A stretch of DNA of 64,000 bases from Chiloscyllium plagiosum (taxonomy: Eukaryota): positions 288,399-352,398 of the forward strand of contig NC_057755.1 in the NCBI RefSeq assembly GCF_004010195.1, read 5' to 3'. Within the stretch, counting starts at the first letter, position 1; each line of letters opens with the position of its first letter. Positions 1 to 12,530 of this stretch are shown here, one piece after another. Made by a program: the position numbers and the translations under genes. The notes below the pieces were generated by a model that did not search any database, was not told where the DNA came from, and saw nothing but the letters and a program-made list of their open reading frames with translations.

Positions 1-135
1 GCTCCTATGTCTTATGGTCTAATTGATGCATAAATGGGCAAAAATGGATTGAGTTTTCAGAGGGTATACAATGACTTAAGAGTAAGAAACATCTGAATGA
101 ATCACAACCTTAATTCAGTCACCCCTAGGCAATAC

Positions 136-360
136 TCAAACAGGAAAATTGACAATGGGACTGTTCGGGAAGTTTTCTGATTCCCACCCATTTACGGAGC
201 TTACACTAATGCTGTTGGTGCCCAGCAGGCCGATCCAATTGGAGCTGTCATCCCCAATTCCAATTTTGGAGACTACGTCGCACGTGTTGGTGCACAATTC
301 CCTGACAAAGTCCTTCTCCTGGTCTAGACTCATAAGGCAGTTTTCTAACCTCACAATCCA
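136..360 (-). mobile_element. Tx1-clade non-LTR retrotransposon RT remnant
   Basis: Translation CLMSLDQEKDFVRELCTNTCDVVSKIGIGDDSSNWIGLLGTNSISVSSVNGWESENFP resembles the Tx1 RT segment CLISLDQEKAFDRISH...KMGFGEGI.NWI.LLYTNI.SAV.INGWESESFP. Confidence 0.8.
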
Positions 361-364
361 ACAT

Positions 365-1028
365 GTTGCACTTCCACCAATATCTTTCGTTGTATCCGTT
401 GCTCCCAATGCGGTCTCCTCTACATCGGGGAGACTGGACGCATCCAAGAGGAAGGATTTAGGGGACATCTCCGGGATGCCCGCACCAATCAACCCCACCG
501 CCCTGTGGTCCAACATTTGAACTACCCCTCGCACTCTGCCGAGGACATGCAGATCCCGGGCCTCCTCCAACGCCGCTCCCTCACCACCCGACGCCTTGAG
601 GAAAAATGCCTTATCTTCCACCTTGGAACAATTCAACCACATGACATAAACGTGCATTTCACTAGTTTCCTCATTTTCCCTTCCCCCCACTTCACCCCAG
701 CTCCAAACATCCAGCTCAGCACCGCCTTCATGACCTCTCCTAGCTGCTTATCTTCATTTCCACCTATCCACTCTACCCTCCTCTCTGACCTATCAACTTT
801 ATCCCCACTCCCATTCACCTATTGTACTCTATGCTACTTTCTCCCCAACCCAACCTCCTCTCATTTCACTTTCCATTCTGCAGGCACCCTGCCTTTACTC
901 CCGACGAAGGGCTTTTGCCCGCAACGTCGATTTTCCTGCTCCTCGGATGCTGCCTGACCTGCTGTGCTTTTCCAGCACCACTCTAATCTAAACTCTGGTG
1001 TCCAGCATCTGCAGTCCTTGTTTTTACC
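365..1028 (+). mobile_element. Penelope-like element 3' fragment (GIY-YIG endonuclease end, 3' UTR, degenerate hammerhead-like motif)
   Basis: Reads CTSTNIFRCIRCSQCGLLYIGETGR (YIG motif), then HLNYPSHSAEDMQIPGLLQRRSLTTRRLEEKCLIFHLGTIQPHDINVHF. A C/T-rich UTR follows, then CCGACGAAGGGCTTTTGCCCGCAACGTC at about 901-928. Confidence 0.9.
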
Positions 1029-1164
1029 ATCATTACCCCAATGTCCAGAAACTCCAAAAAACATCCCTGTATTTGAAACCTCCACCAGACACTACAATTC
1101 TTCCCATCTCTGTAAACTCCCTCATCCCTCTATATATGTCTAATCACCTGCAGTCTTGAAGACA

Positions 1165-1295
1165 ATTCCTGAAGAAGGGCTTATACCAGAAACGTCGATC
1201 CTCATGCTCCTCGAATGCTCCCTGATCTGTTGTGCTTTTCCAACTCATTACTCTCGACTCTGATGCCCATCATCTGCAGTCCTCACTTTCTCCTT
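1165..1295 (+). mobile_element. Penelope-derived short terminal fragment
   Basis: CCTGAAGAAGGGCTTATACCAGAAACGTCG...CATCTGCAGTCCTCACTTTCTCC, the same terminus as the palindromic inserts. Confidence 0.75.
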
Positions 1296-2390
1296 CAGCC
1301 CTGTCAAGCTTACACATACAACATCATCACGTCCCTACAGCCCTCCAGAACTGTGGAACCTCCACCAGATCTTACAACTCTCTCCCTATCTCTGCTTTCC
1401 TGCAGTGATTTCAAGCCTCCGAATTCTGTAACATCTTCTGGTCTCCATGCCCTCGCCTATCATGGTGGGTTGCTCCTGTCTCAAAATTCTTTCCTACCTG
1501 TGTGCACTATCCACATGATCGAACCTTCATTTCTATAGTCTCCCTCAGCCCCTGCATTCCTCGCCATATCTCTAACTCTTGCTTGTTAGCAGTACTCTCC
1601 CTAATTGTATTAATGCCTCCGATCACTACAGCCATGTTTTGTGCATCGCCCCTCCAGACCCTGCAGCAATCTGGACCACCTCCTTCAGGCCCAAATCATA
1701 CAACCTGCTGAATCCTCCTCTCACCAATGCAACCCTCCCAACTTCTTAATATTCCTCTGTGTATGTTATGATACCTAACTGTATGATCTCCTCCAGCCCC
1801 GAGAGCAGGCCTTGTCTTTGTAACCTCGACAGTCCTCGCAGTCTTTGATAGCTCCTTCGGTTGCCGCATACCACAGTAATAATACCACTGTTTTGACGCC
1901 ATTATATGCTGCCTATGTCTGCAAACAGTTCTTTTCCCTGTCGCCCATCCAGTGCTCTGTATGACTGTAGTCCCCACAATTGTCCATTTGCTTGCAATGT
2001 AACCAGTCTCAGCAGGCCTCCCTACCCTGGTCGCAGCCTCCAGCCTATACAGGCCTCACTGTCTCTGAAACATGTTACAGCGCATAAAACCATTTCAATC
2101 TCTAACATTCGCCAGTCCAAACCAACCTCCTTGATCTTATAATATTCTCCAGATGCCCCAACTATTCTTAAATTTGCCAAATCTTCATTTCCTCTGAATG
2201 TTTCCGCATCCCAGTGCAATTCCCTCACTTATGCATATCCTGCAAACTGATCCAGCCCCCTCTATCGCTGCAAGTTTCTCTCAACTCCAAATTCTCGAGC
2301 ACCTGAAGCTATCTTTAAATCTGTCCCATCCTCCAAACTCTGAACACCTGTAATCTCTATCCATCACTTTAAGCCCCACAACCACTGAAA
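1296..2390 (+). repeat. Degenerate C/T-rich tandem-like array, possibly derived from an L2-type LINE 3' end
   Basis: Recurrent variants of CTGTAAC..CTCCAGCCC, CCTCCAGA and CTCCATGCCCTCGCC, with strong strand asymmetry. Confidence 0.45.
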
Positions 2391-2399
2391 TGCTCCTTG

Positions 2400-3765
2400 A
2401 ATTTGCAGAAAGGCACATGAAATTACAGCATTGACTGAAGCGAATTGATACGATCTAACTGCCATTTCAGAGACATACCTTTGGAATGACCATTGACGGG
2501 AAGTGAATATTCATGGGTTTCTGGACTTAGGTGCGGTAGGCTTAAAATTAGACAAGGTCAAGTATTGTGAAGACAGGATATGGTCATCACAATAGTGCGA
2601 TAACTAATTTAAATATGGAGATCAAAATTTACAGTCGTTTTGGTTACATTGATAAACAGCAAAGGGCAGCAATTGGCAGCAGGATTTGTTTCATCGGCAC
2701 CAGCAATGATGATATCGTAAGTCAAGTGAAAACCAGGAAATTGAATGAAATTGTACCAAGCGCAGTGCAGCAGTCCTGTGTGACAGTAGTCACCATCTTG
2801 ATTGGATAACTATTGATTATCAGTGCTGTGTGGAATACGATCGTGGATTGTAAACGAGATGGCTTTCCTATTCTAGATCAAATGCTGTGCAATGAGAAAT
2901 GCCTCATAATTTTATTTCAAAGGGGTTTTGTGGGCAGAGAACGTTCATACAAAGGAATCTTTCACTAAGTTTTACATTGAGTTAGTTCAGACCGTGAGAC
3001 ATAGAAGCGGAATTAGGCCATTTGATGCATCGAGAATGCTCTATCCTTCAATGAGGTCATGGCTGAACTGATTATCATCAACTCTACTTTCCTCTGTAGC
3101 CCAAATTCTAGCATTAATTAAAATCTGATCTCTGCAATAAAGATACTTCATGACCCAGTCTCAGCACACCTCTGCAGTAATGCCATCCACACATTCACAA
3201 TCCACTGAGTGAAGAAATTCGTTCTTATCTCTGTCTTGAATTCATGAACATTTTCTGGGATTTTATGAACCATTTTTAAAGATAATCTCACAAGGGAAAC
3301 TTTAAAAAGTGGCAAAGAAGGTTGTTGAATTTAATCAATGGATTTTGACTGCATGAACTTGACTAAGGCATTCGAGAAGGTTCCTGCTGATAGATTGATG
3401 CAGAAATTGCAATCACAATTGATTTGACACTGTGCTGGTTGACAAGTTGGATGCAAAACTACGATGGTTGTAGAAGATAGGGCATAGATAGAGAAAGGGA
3501 TGTAGTTCTGTGTGAATGACTTTGATGAGTGTTTTTCACAAGGCCGTATGCTGCAACCCCTATTTGTAATTTATATCAGTGCTTTAGGTCAAATTATCGG
3601 TTGCCTGATTAACAATTTTGCAGACAATATGAAAATTGGTGGTTTTGTGGAAATTGAGGAAGGGTGTCAAAGGATGTAACTGTATGCACATCAGCTGGAT
3701 TGTTGGTTGGAGAAATGGCAAATTGAATTTAATCCAGACAAGTGTAAGGTGATGCGTTTTGTGAA
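2400..3765. mobile_element. Old CR1-clade LINE fragments: endonuclease-like piece about 2400-2830 (+), 3' end about 3000-3250 (-), RT piece about 3300-3765 (+)
   Basis: Degenerate HEITALTEAN*YDLTAISETYL (ELTAQIE..YDLIAITETWL-like), KAFEKVP, NFADNMKIGG and WLEKWQIEFNPDKCKVMRF motifs. Confidence 0.65.
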
Positions 3766-3908
3766 GAGCTGTTCTCCTACACTACTCTGAACTTCATTGG
3801 AGCACTGCAGCATGCCTGAGAGAGAGATGCTGGCCAGGCAACAAGTTGGTGTTTTACATTTGCAGTCAGAATTGATTGATAGAACAAACCACCCTCCTCC
3901 CCAATACC

Positions 3909-4408
3909 NNNNNNNNNNNNNNNNNNNNNNNNNNNNNNNNNNNNNNNNNNNNNNNNNNNNNNNNNNNNNNNNNNNNNNNNNNNNNNNNNNNNNNNNNNNN
4001 NNNNNNNNNNNNNNNNNNNNNNNNNNNNNNNNNNNNNNNNNNNNNNNNNNNNNNNNNNNNNNNNNNNNNNNNNNNNNNNNNNNNNNNNNNNNNNNNNNNN
4101 NNNNNNNNNNNNNNNNNNNNNNNNNNNNNNNNNNNNNNNNNNNNNNNNNNNNNNNNNNNNNNNNNNNNNNNNNNNNNNNNNNNNNNNNNNNNNNNNNNNN
4201 NNNNNNNNNNNNNNNNNNNNNNNNNNNNNNNNNNNNNNNNNNNNNNNNNNNNNNNNNNNNNNNNNNNNNNNNNNNNNNNNNNNNNNNNNNNNNNNNNNNN
4301 NNNNNNNNNNNNNNNNNNNNNNNNNNNNNNNNNNNNNNNNNNNNNNNNNNNNNNNNNNNNNNNNNNNNNNNNNNNNNNNNNNNNNNNNNNNNNNNNNNNN
4401 NNNNNNNN
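3909..4408. other. Assembly gap (500 N, probably a scaffolding placeholder)
   Basis: Run of exactly 500 N. Confidence 1.
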
Positions 4409-4549
4409 CGTTGGCACTTTTTCTGCATCATGACCGAAATATTTGAGGTGACAGATAGTCATTGAATGGAGCTGCATGGTTCCCTGAAGCGACTGTCAGA
4501 CACATGGCAGAGATTCACATTGGATGCCTTTGCCCCTATACTTCTATAA

Positions 4550-5436
4550 GTGTAATCTTCATTTGGTAACTGAATAATTGATGTTACTGGATATCTCACT
4601 GCACACAGAAGCTGCTTCTGAACTTGGACTGAGACACTCCAGAACTAAATGTATTGGTGCAGCAAATTAAATTCCTCAATATCCGCTCAACTTCCTGAAA
4701 TACATATTCGGAATCATTGTACTCCCAAGGATGTATTATTTTTACGTTATAATATATGAATTCTATTACACACATCGACCAAAAAATTATGAAGGGGAAG
4801 TTAGATTGAAGAGAAAATCAAACATTTTCTTCTGCTCTCCATTTCTGGATCACTGGTACTCTCTCTTGCGCATGTATTCCCCACTCCTTTCCGGACATCA
4901 CTGGTGACTAGAATGTGGCTGACTGTCAGAGAATTGGGCAACAGACTTAGAGAGAATAAAGCATTGGAAAAAACCCTGTCACGCCAGCCAAATGCCAGCC
5001 ATCCAGGTTTAGTACAATATATTGGTTTTCATTAACAGAGCCTCTGTATATTGTCGATTATAACCAACGGTTGCTGTGTGAAACGCTGCGGGATTTTCTT
5101 TTTACACAGAACAGTACATAACAGTAGTTGCTGCTAGACACACAGCTGGAGTTTTCTTTGTGCCTTTTTTTGTTTCTGACAGCAGATGGCTGCAAATTGA
5201 TCAAAGGAATAAGTGACAGTGAACCAGACATAACAGTCTGTGGTTGGTTGGAACAAGACATCATTAACACCATAGACAGTAATCTTCGAGGAAATAATAG
5301 TAATTGATAGGCCGCAATATGACCTCAGTGAGAATGACCAGTTGCTCTCTTGTTGCCATGGCCAGCAGGTAACGAATTGTGCGGGAAGTGAGACCACATG
5401 TTCTGTGAGGCAGAATCACAATTCTCAGCATGTTAT
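4550..5436 (-). pseudogene. GPR139/GPR142-like class A GPCR pseudogene, main exon (copy 1)
   Basis: Acceptor tttctctcttacAG at 5437-5438, then NMLRIVILPHRTCGLTSRTIRYLLAMATREQLVILTEVILRPINYYYF. After a frameshift: TTDCYVWFTVTYSFDQFAAICCQKQKK, SDPEMESRRKCLIF, CCTNTFSSGVSQSKFR, VRYPVTSIIQL. Multiple stops and frameshifts. Confidence 0.88.
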
Positions 5437-5711
5437 CTGTAAGAGAGAAAAGTGAAGTCAAATAAGGAGGTAATGAACAAAATCTATTCATGTTTCAGCC
5501 TGAGACACCAATTTACCCTGTTTTTCAGATTTACCTGTGACCAGTTGCATTTGCCCATCAGAAAAAAATCATGCTCAAATTTCCCAGAAGGAAGATCAGT
5601 ATTGGAACATTGTACCCATTCCCAGGAATCCTGTGTCCTCAGGAATTTTATCATGATTGGATGGTTTTTGACCACCTCGTTTTCCTGAAGCTAACAAAGT
5701 CGGGTTGGCGA

Positions 5712-8700
5712 GTATTGGGGAGGAAGGTGGTTTGTTCTATCAATCAATTCTGACTCCAACTGTAAAACACCAACTTGTTGCCTGGCCAGCATATCTCTCT
5801 CAGGCATGCTGCAGTGCTCCAGTGAAGTTCAGAGTAGTGTAGGAGAACAGCTCTTCACAAAACGCATCACCTCACACTTGTCTGGATTAAATTCAATTTG
5901 CCATTTCTCCAACTAACAATCCAGCTGATCTGCATACAGTTACATCCTTTGACATCCTTCCTCAATTTCCACAAAACCACCAATTTTCATATTGTCTGCA
6001 AAATTGTTAATCAGGCAACCGATAATTTGACCTAAATCACTGATATAAATTACAAACAGGGGTTGCAGCATACGGCCTTGTGAAAATCACTCATCACAGA
6101 CATTCACACAGAACTACATCCCTTTCTCTATCTATGCCCTATCTTCTACAACCAACGTAGTTTTGCATCCAACTTGTCAACCAGCACAGTGTCAAATCAA
6201 TTGTGATTGCAATTTCTGCATCAATCTATCAGCAGGAACCTTCTCGAATGCCTTAGTCAAGTTCATGCAGTCAAAATCCATTGATTAAATTCAACAACGT
6301 TCTTTGCTACTTTTTAAAGTTTCCCTTGTGAGATTATCTTTAAACATGGTTCATAAAATCTCAGCAAAGGTTCATGAATTCAAGACAGAGATAAGAATGA
6401 ATTTCTTCACTCAGTGGATTGTGAATCTGTGGAAGGCATGACTGCAGAGGTGTGCTGAGACTGGGTCATGAAGTATCTTTATTACAGAGATCAGATTTTA
6501 ATTAATGCTAGAATTTGGGCTACAGAGAAAAGTAGAGTTGAAGATAATCAGCTCAGCCATGACCTCATTGAAGGATAGAGCGTTCTCGATGCATCAAATG
6601 GCCTAATTTCGCTTCTATGTCTCACGGTCTGAACTAAATTAATGTAAAACTTAGTAAAAGATTCCTTTGTATGAAAGTTCTCTGCTCACAAAACCCCTTT
6701 GAAATAAAATTATGAGACATTTCTCATTGCACAGCATTTGATCTAGAATAGGAAAGCCATCTCGTTTACAATCCACGATCGTATTCCACACAGCACTGAT
6801 AATCAATAGTTATCCAGTCAAGATGGCGACTACTGTCACACAGGACTGCTGCACTGCGCTTGGTACAATTTCATTCAATTTCCTGGTTTTCACTTGACTT
6901 ACGATATCATCATTGTTGGTGCCGATGAAACAGATCCTGCTGCCAATTGCTGCCCTTTGCTGTTTATCACTGTAACCAAAACGACTGTAAATTTTGATCT
7001 CCATATTTAAATTAGATATCGCACTATTGTGCTGACCATATCCTGTCTTCAAAATACTTGACCTTGTCTAATTTTAAGTCTACCGCACTTAAGTCCAGAA
7101 ACCCATGAATATTCACTTCCCGTCAATGGTCATTCCAAAGGTATGTCTCTGAAATGGCAGTTAGATCGTATCAGTTCGCTTAAGTCAATGCTGTCATTTC
7201 ATGTGCCTTTTTGCAAATTCAGGGAGCATTTCAGTGGTTGTGGGGCTTAAAGTGGTGGATAGAGATTACAGGTGTTCAGAGTTTGGAGGATGGGACAGAT
7301 TTAAAGATAGCTTCACGTGCTCGAGAATTTGGAGTTGAGAGAAACTTGCAGCGATAGAGGGGGCTGGATCAGTTTGCAAGATATGCATAAGTGAAGGAAT
7401 TGCACTGGGATGCGGAGACATTCAGAGGAAATGAAGATTTGGCAAATTTAAGAATAGTTGGGGCATCTGGAGAATATTACAAGATCAAGGAGGTTGGTTT
7501 GGACTGGAGAATGTTAGAGATTGAAATGGTTTTATGCGCTGTAACATGTTTCAGAGACAGTGAGGCCTGTATAGGCTGGAGGCTGCGACCAGGGTAGGGA
7601 GGCCTGCTGAGACTGGAGACATTGCAAGCAAATGGACAATTGTGGGGACTACAGTCACACAGAGCACTGGATGGGCTACAGGGAGAAGAACTGTTTGCAG
7701 ACATAGGCAGCATATAATGGCGTCAAAGCAGTGGTATTATTACTGTGGTATGTGGCAACTGAAGGAGCTATCAAAGACTGCAAGGAATGTCGAGGTTTGA
7801 AGAGGTTACAAAGACAAGGCCTGCTCTCGGGGCTGGAGGAGTTCACACAGTTAGGTATCATGACATACACAGAGGAATATTAAGAAGTTGGGAGGGTTGC
7901 ATTGGTGAGAGGAGGATTCAGCAGGTTGTATGATTTGGGCCTGAAGGAGGTGGTCTAGATTGCTGCAGGGTCTGGAGGGGCTATGCACAAACATGGCTGT
8001 AGTGATCGGAGGCATTAATACAGTTAGGGAGAGTACTGCTAACAAGCAAGAGTTAGAGATATGGCGAGGAATGCAGGGGCTGAGGGAGACTATAGAAATG
8101 AAGGTTGGATCATGTGGATAGTGCACGCAGGTAGGAAAGAATTTAGAGACAGGAGCAACTCACCATGATAGGCGAGGGCATGGAGACCAGAAAATGTTAC
8201 AGAATTCGGAGGCTTGAAATCACTGCAGGAAATCAGAGATAGGGAGAGAGTTGTAAGATCTGGTGGAGGTTCCACAGTTCGGGAGGGCTGTAGGGACGTG
8301 ATAATGTTGTATGTGTAAGCTTGGCAGGGCTGAAGGAGAAAGTGAGGACTGCAGATGCTGGACATCAGAGTCGAGAGTAATGAGTTGGACAAGCACAACA
8401 GATTAGGGAGCATTCGAGGAGCATGAGGATCGACGTTTCTGGTATAAGCCATTCTTCAGGAATGGTCTTCAAGACTGCAGGTGATTAGATGTATATAGAG
8501 GGCTGAGGGAGTTTCCAGAGATGGGAAGAATTGTAGTGTCTGGTGGAGGTTTCAAATACAGGGATGTTTTTTGGAGCTTCTGGACATTGGGGTAATGATG
8601 GTAAAAATAAGGACTGCAGATGCTGGACACCAGAGTTTAGATTAGAGTGGTGCTGGAAAAGCACAGCAGGTCAGGCAGCATCCGAGGAGCAGGAAAATCG

Positions 8701-9614
8701 ACGTTGCGGGCAAAATACCTTCGTCGGGAGTAAAGGCAGGGTGCCTGCAGAATGGAAAGTGAAATGAGAGGAGGTTGGGTTGGGGAGAAAGTAGCGTAGA
8801 GTACAATAGGTGGATGGGAGTGGGGATGAAGTTGCTAAGTCAGAGAGGAGGGTAGAGTGGATAGGTGGAAAGGAAGATAAGCAGCGAGGACAGGTCATGA
8901 AGGCGGTGCTGAGCGGGATGTTTGGAGCTGGGGTGAAGTGGGGGAAAGGGAAAATGAGGCGACTAGTGAAATGCACGTTGATGTCATATGGGTGAATTGT
9001 TCCAAGGTGGAAGATAAGGCATTTTTCCTCAAGGCGTCGGGTGGTGAGGGAGCGGCGTTGGAGGAGGCCCAGGATCTGCATATCCTCGGGAGAGTTCGAG
9101 GGGTAGTTCAAATGTTGGACCACAGGGCGGTGGGGTTGATTGGTGCGGTCACCCTAAAGCCTTCCGCTAGGATGCGTCCAGTCTCCCCAATGTAGAGGAG
9201 ACCGCATTGGGAGCAACGGATACAACGAAAGATATTGGTGGAAGTGCAACATGTTGGATTGTGAGGTTAGAAAACTGCCTTATGAGTCTAGACCAGGAGA
9301 AGGACTTTGTCAGGGAATTGTGCACCAACACGTGCGACATAGTCTCCAAAATTGGAATTGGGAATGACAGCTCCAATTGGATCGGCCTGCTGGGCACCAA
9401 CAGCATTAGTGTAAGCTCCGTAAATGGGTGGGAATCAGAAAACTTCCCGAACAGTCCCATTGTCAATTTTCCTGTTTGAGTATTGCCGAGGGGTGACTGA
9501 ATTAAGGTTGTGATTCATTCAGATGTTTCTTACTCTTAAGTCATTGTATACCCTCTGAAAACTCAATCCATTTTTGCCCATTTATGCATCAATTAGACCA
9601 TAAGACATAGGAGT
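5712..9614 (-). repeat. Right arm of the large inverted duplication (mirror of 1-3908), including mirror Penelope (about 8600-9250 -) and Tx1 (about 9255-9480 +) remnants
   Basis: Colinear reverse-complement match to 1-3908, roughly mid-90s percent identity by eye. Confidence 0.95.
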
Positions 9615-10575
9615 GGAAGTAAGGCCATTCGGCCCATCGAGTCCACTCCGCCATTCAATCATGGCTGATGGGCATTTCAACTCCACTTACCTGCATTCTC
9701 CCCATAGCCCTTAATTCCTTGTGATATCAAGAATTTATCAATTTCTGCCTTGAAGACATTTAGCGTCCCGGCCTCCACTGCACTCTGTGGCAATGAATTC
9801 CACAGGCCCACCACTCTCTGGCTGAAGAAATGTCTCCGCATTTCTGTTCTGAATTTACCCCCTCTAATTCTAAGGCTGTGTCCACGGGTCCTAGTCTCCT
9901 CGCCTAATGGAAACAATTTCCTAGTGTCCACCCTTTCGAAGCCATGTATTATCTTGTAAGTTTCTATTAGATCTCCCCTTAATCTTCTAAACTCCAATGA
10001 ATACAATCCCAGGATCCTCAGCCGTTCCTCGTATGTTAGACCTACCATTCCAGGGATCATCCGTGTGAATCTCCGCTGGACACGCTTCAGTGCCAGTATG
10101 TCCTTCCTGAGGTGTGGGGGCCAAAACTGGACACAGTACTCCAAATGGGGCTTAACCAGAGCTTTATAAAGTCTCAGTAGCACAACAATGCTTTTATATT
10201 CCAACCCCCTTGAGATAATTGACAACATTGCATTTGATTTATTAATCACGGACTCAACCTGAATGTTTACCTTTCGAGAATCCTCAACTAGCACTCCCAG
10301 ATCCCTCTGTAATTTGGCTTTACGAATTTTCTCACCGTTTAGAAAGTAATCCATGCTTCTATTTTTTTTCCCAAAGTGCAAGACCTCGCATTTGCTCAGA
10401 CTGAATTCCATCAACCATTTCCTGGACCACTCCTCCAAACTGTCTAGATCCTTCTGCAGCCTCCCCGCTTCCTCAGTACTACCTGCCTGTCCACCTAACT
10501 TTGTATCGTCGGCAAACTTCGCTAGAATGCCCCCAGTCCCTTCATCCAGATCATTGATATATAATGTGAACAGCT
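9595..10575 (-). mobile_element. 5'-truncated, young CR1-clade (HER1-like) LINE with an open RT C-terminal frame
   Basis: Frame is open from 10573 to 9677: LFTLYINDLDEGTGGILAKFADDTKLGG...LYKALVKPHLEYCVQFWPPHLRKDILAL...FFSQRVVGLWNSLP. The 3' tail is CCTATGTCTTATGGTCT. Confidence 0.95.
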
Positions 10576-12070
10576 ATAATGTGATATATAATGTGAATTC
10601 CTTGATGTTCTCTTTATTTAGATTTCGGGCTCTGGGTTTCAAATTCAATTTCGTCATTTTCCATCTGAATGAACAAATTGAGCATTTTACAATCGTTCTT
10701 CCCAAATACAATAATAGTGTGACGTAAATTTATCTCATTGTGTCCGTAACGCTTGATGAAAATAAAACCAATTACTTCATGCGTGCATCGGTGCTCTTTT
10801 GTCAATCCAATTCTGCGAGATACAATAAATTAGCCCTTTTAAAGTGCATCGTGACGTGTGGTTATTTGGAGGTTGTGAACAGTTCAAGATATTGATATAT
10901 TCTTTCAGCCTGTTTCTGAACAAATATCTCGCACACCGGAATGAAGACAATCTTTTTTAAAAGTTCGATTTCAAACTGAAGTACCTCACTTAACGCATGT
11001 TTTATTGAGAAACTTTCGAACCTCAAAAAGTAATGCGATGTTGAGAACTCTGTCACTAAATCTGTGAGGTACGGGAGGAAATTGTTTGAAGCCGAACGCT
11101 AGGATTCAGTAGCACAACATCTTAAGAGATCCAGAATGTGATTTGTTGTTTTACTCTTGCACTCCCAGACTGTCTACTTCCCGTTGCCAGAGTCATTTCC
11201 ATCCGAACTCAGTTTGATCCCAGAGTCCAAATGCTCTGACTGGTCTGATTAATTATTCCCTAACGACATGTCTCCCCAGCTCGGTAGCAATCCCCATCCA
11301 ATTAAAACAAAACAAACACAACGTATTCAGGCAGCCCCAGCCTAAGAAACATTTCCAATAATTGAGACGTCCCAAACCCTTCATTCTGGAACCAATGTTA
11401 GTAGCCACATGAGCACTCAGAATCACCCGTGGATCAGTTTTTAAATTTCTTGCCCGATTTGCTAATTTCTACTTACATATACTCTTTTTTTTTTCTCCTG
11501 CTAATGATTGTCATGAGATTTTATAGCTTGACCTTATTGGATATGCAATCCCAGATTGGGGCTGTTAGTCTGTGCCATTCAGGGAGACCTGGCGGATTCT
11601 AAACTTTGAATGTCAATGATATTGAGACACTGAATACCTGACTCAGTGAGAGCCTACTGTCGAAAGCCATGCATATGTAAATAAGTGGTTATTAATGATA
11701 GGATGCCGGACTCTGAAGGGTTGTTGCCAGTGTGGACCAGGACATCCGGCTCTTCCTTTTCCACAGTTTCCTGCTCCCAGCCCTGTTCCACCCGCCGTGA
11801 AAATGAGTTGATTTTTTTCTGTGACGTTCTCGACCGTCGTCACTGTTGCGACAAGACACCATCCTGGTCTCTGTCAGGACTATGATTCTGAAAGATTCAG
11901 TCATTTTAGCTTTGTCCATTGCTGCTAATTGATGTTAAGCCAGAAACAAACTGTCGTTAAAATTAGGGGAAATAAAATTTAAAAAAATTGGTGTGTTGGG
12001 AGGCCATGTCCATTCGAGTGTAGCATCGATTGATCAGAATGATAGATAGACAGCAAGGGCTGAATGACGA
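10576..12070. repeat. Unidentified block X of the segmental-duplication unit (inverted relative to copies at about 13950-15460, 31140-33600 and 47940-49100)
   Basis: Shared motifs include ATCCCCATCCAATTAAAACAAAAC, TTTCTTGCCCGATTTGCT, GCATCGATTGATCAGAATGATAG and GAATCAGTCATTTTAGC-like sequence. Confidence 0.8.
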
Positions 12071-12099
12071 TGAAGTAAAATCATCCATCCCCACCAAGT

Positions 12100-12530
12100 A
12101 CAATCAGAAAGGGGATAGAGACGACTGATGACCGATTTCATTGCTGAGTATAGAATAAAAAATCCTGTTTGAGGTCATCGCAAAACAGATAATGCCTGCT
12201 TTGTAATCAGTGATTTACCCGAATAAACCTTATCTGTACCTGTCAGGATGATCCTGAGTGCCTCACACACCTTTGCTTTACGATCGCCTATGTGCAGCAC
12301 AGGGGAAGATGGAAGCCTGCCTCACCAGCCAGGACCAGGATGCGGCCTATCGCCCACCTACGGTGTGCAATGTGTTCTCTAAAATTGGCTTTGGAAAGGG
12401 AAAACGCGAATCAGCACAATTGCTCTACCCGTAACGTCATTAGTGCAGCCTCAATCAAACGTTGAGAATCAGAAAGCTTCCTGATCAAATTCGGAGTCCA
12501 ATTCTCACCTTTGTTGTTCTGCTGTTGACC
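12100..12530 (+). mobile_element. Highly degraded Tx1-clade RT fragment
   Basis: IAYVQHRG, VFSKIGFGKGKRE and SAASIKR*ESESFLIKFGVQFSPLL resemble the Tx1 RT segment. Confidence 0.65.

Larger units (their letters stand above)
1..3908 (+). repeat. Left arm of a large inverted duplication (mirror of 5712-9614)
   Basis: Bases 1-20 are nearly the reverse complement of 9595-9614, and 3870-3908 mirror 5712-5750. ORF-track pairs recur on opposite strands (2567..2809+/6810..7052-, 2022..2228-/7391..7597+, 505..957+/8671..9123-) with few substitutions. Confidence 0.95.

Noticed and set aside
3691..4477. Long ORFs around 3.7-4.5 kb, 36.1-37.0 kb and 53.7-54.3 kb
   Set aside because: They are artefacts of translating through N gaps.
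5535..5620. CAG|GTAAAT donor just upstream of GPCR copy 1 as its exon 1
   Set aside because: The phase-compatible frame has several stops and does not resemble the exon-1 peptide at 45679-45745, so I cannot support it.
9677..10438. 253 aa ORF as a host gene
   Set aside because: It is the C-terminal part of a 5'-truncated CR1 ORF2 with no true start codon.
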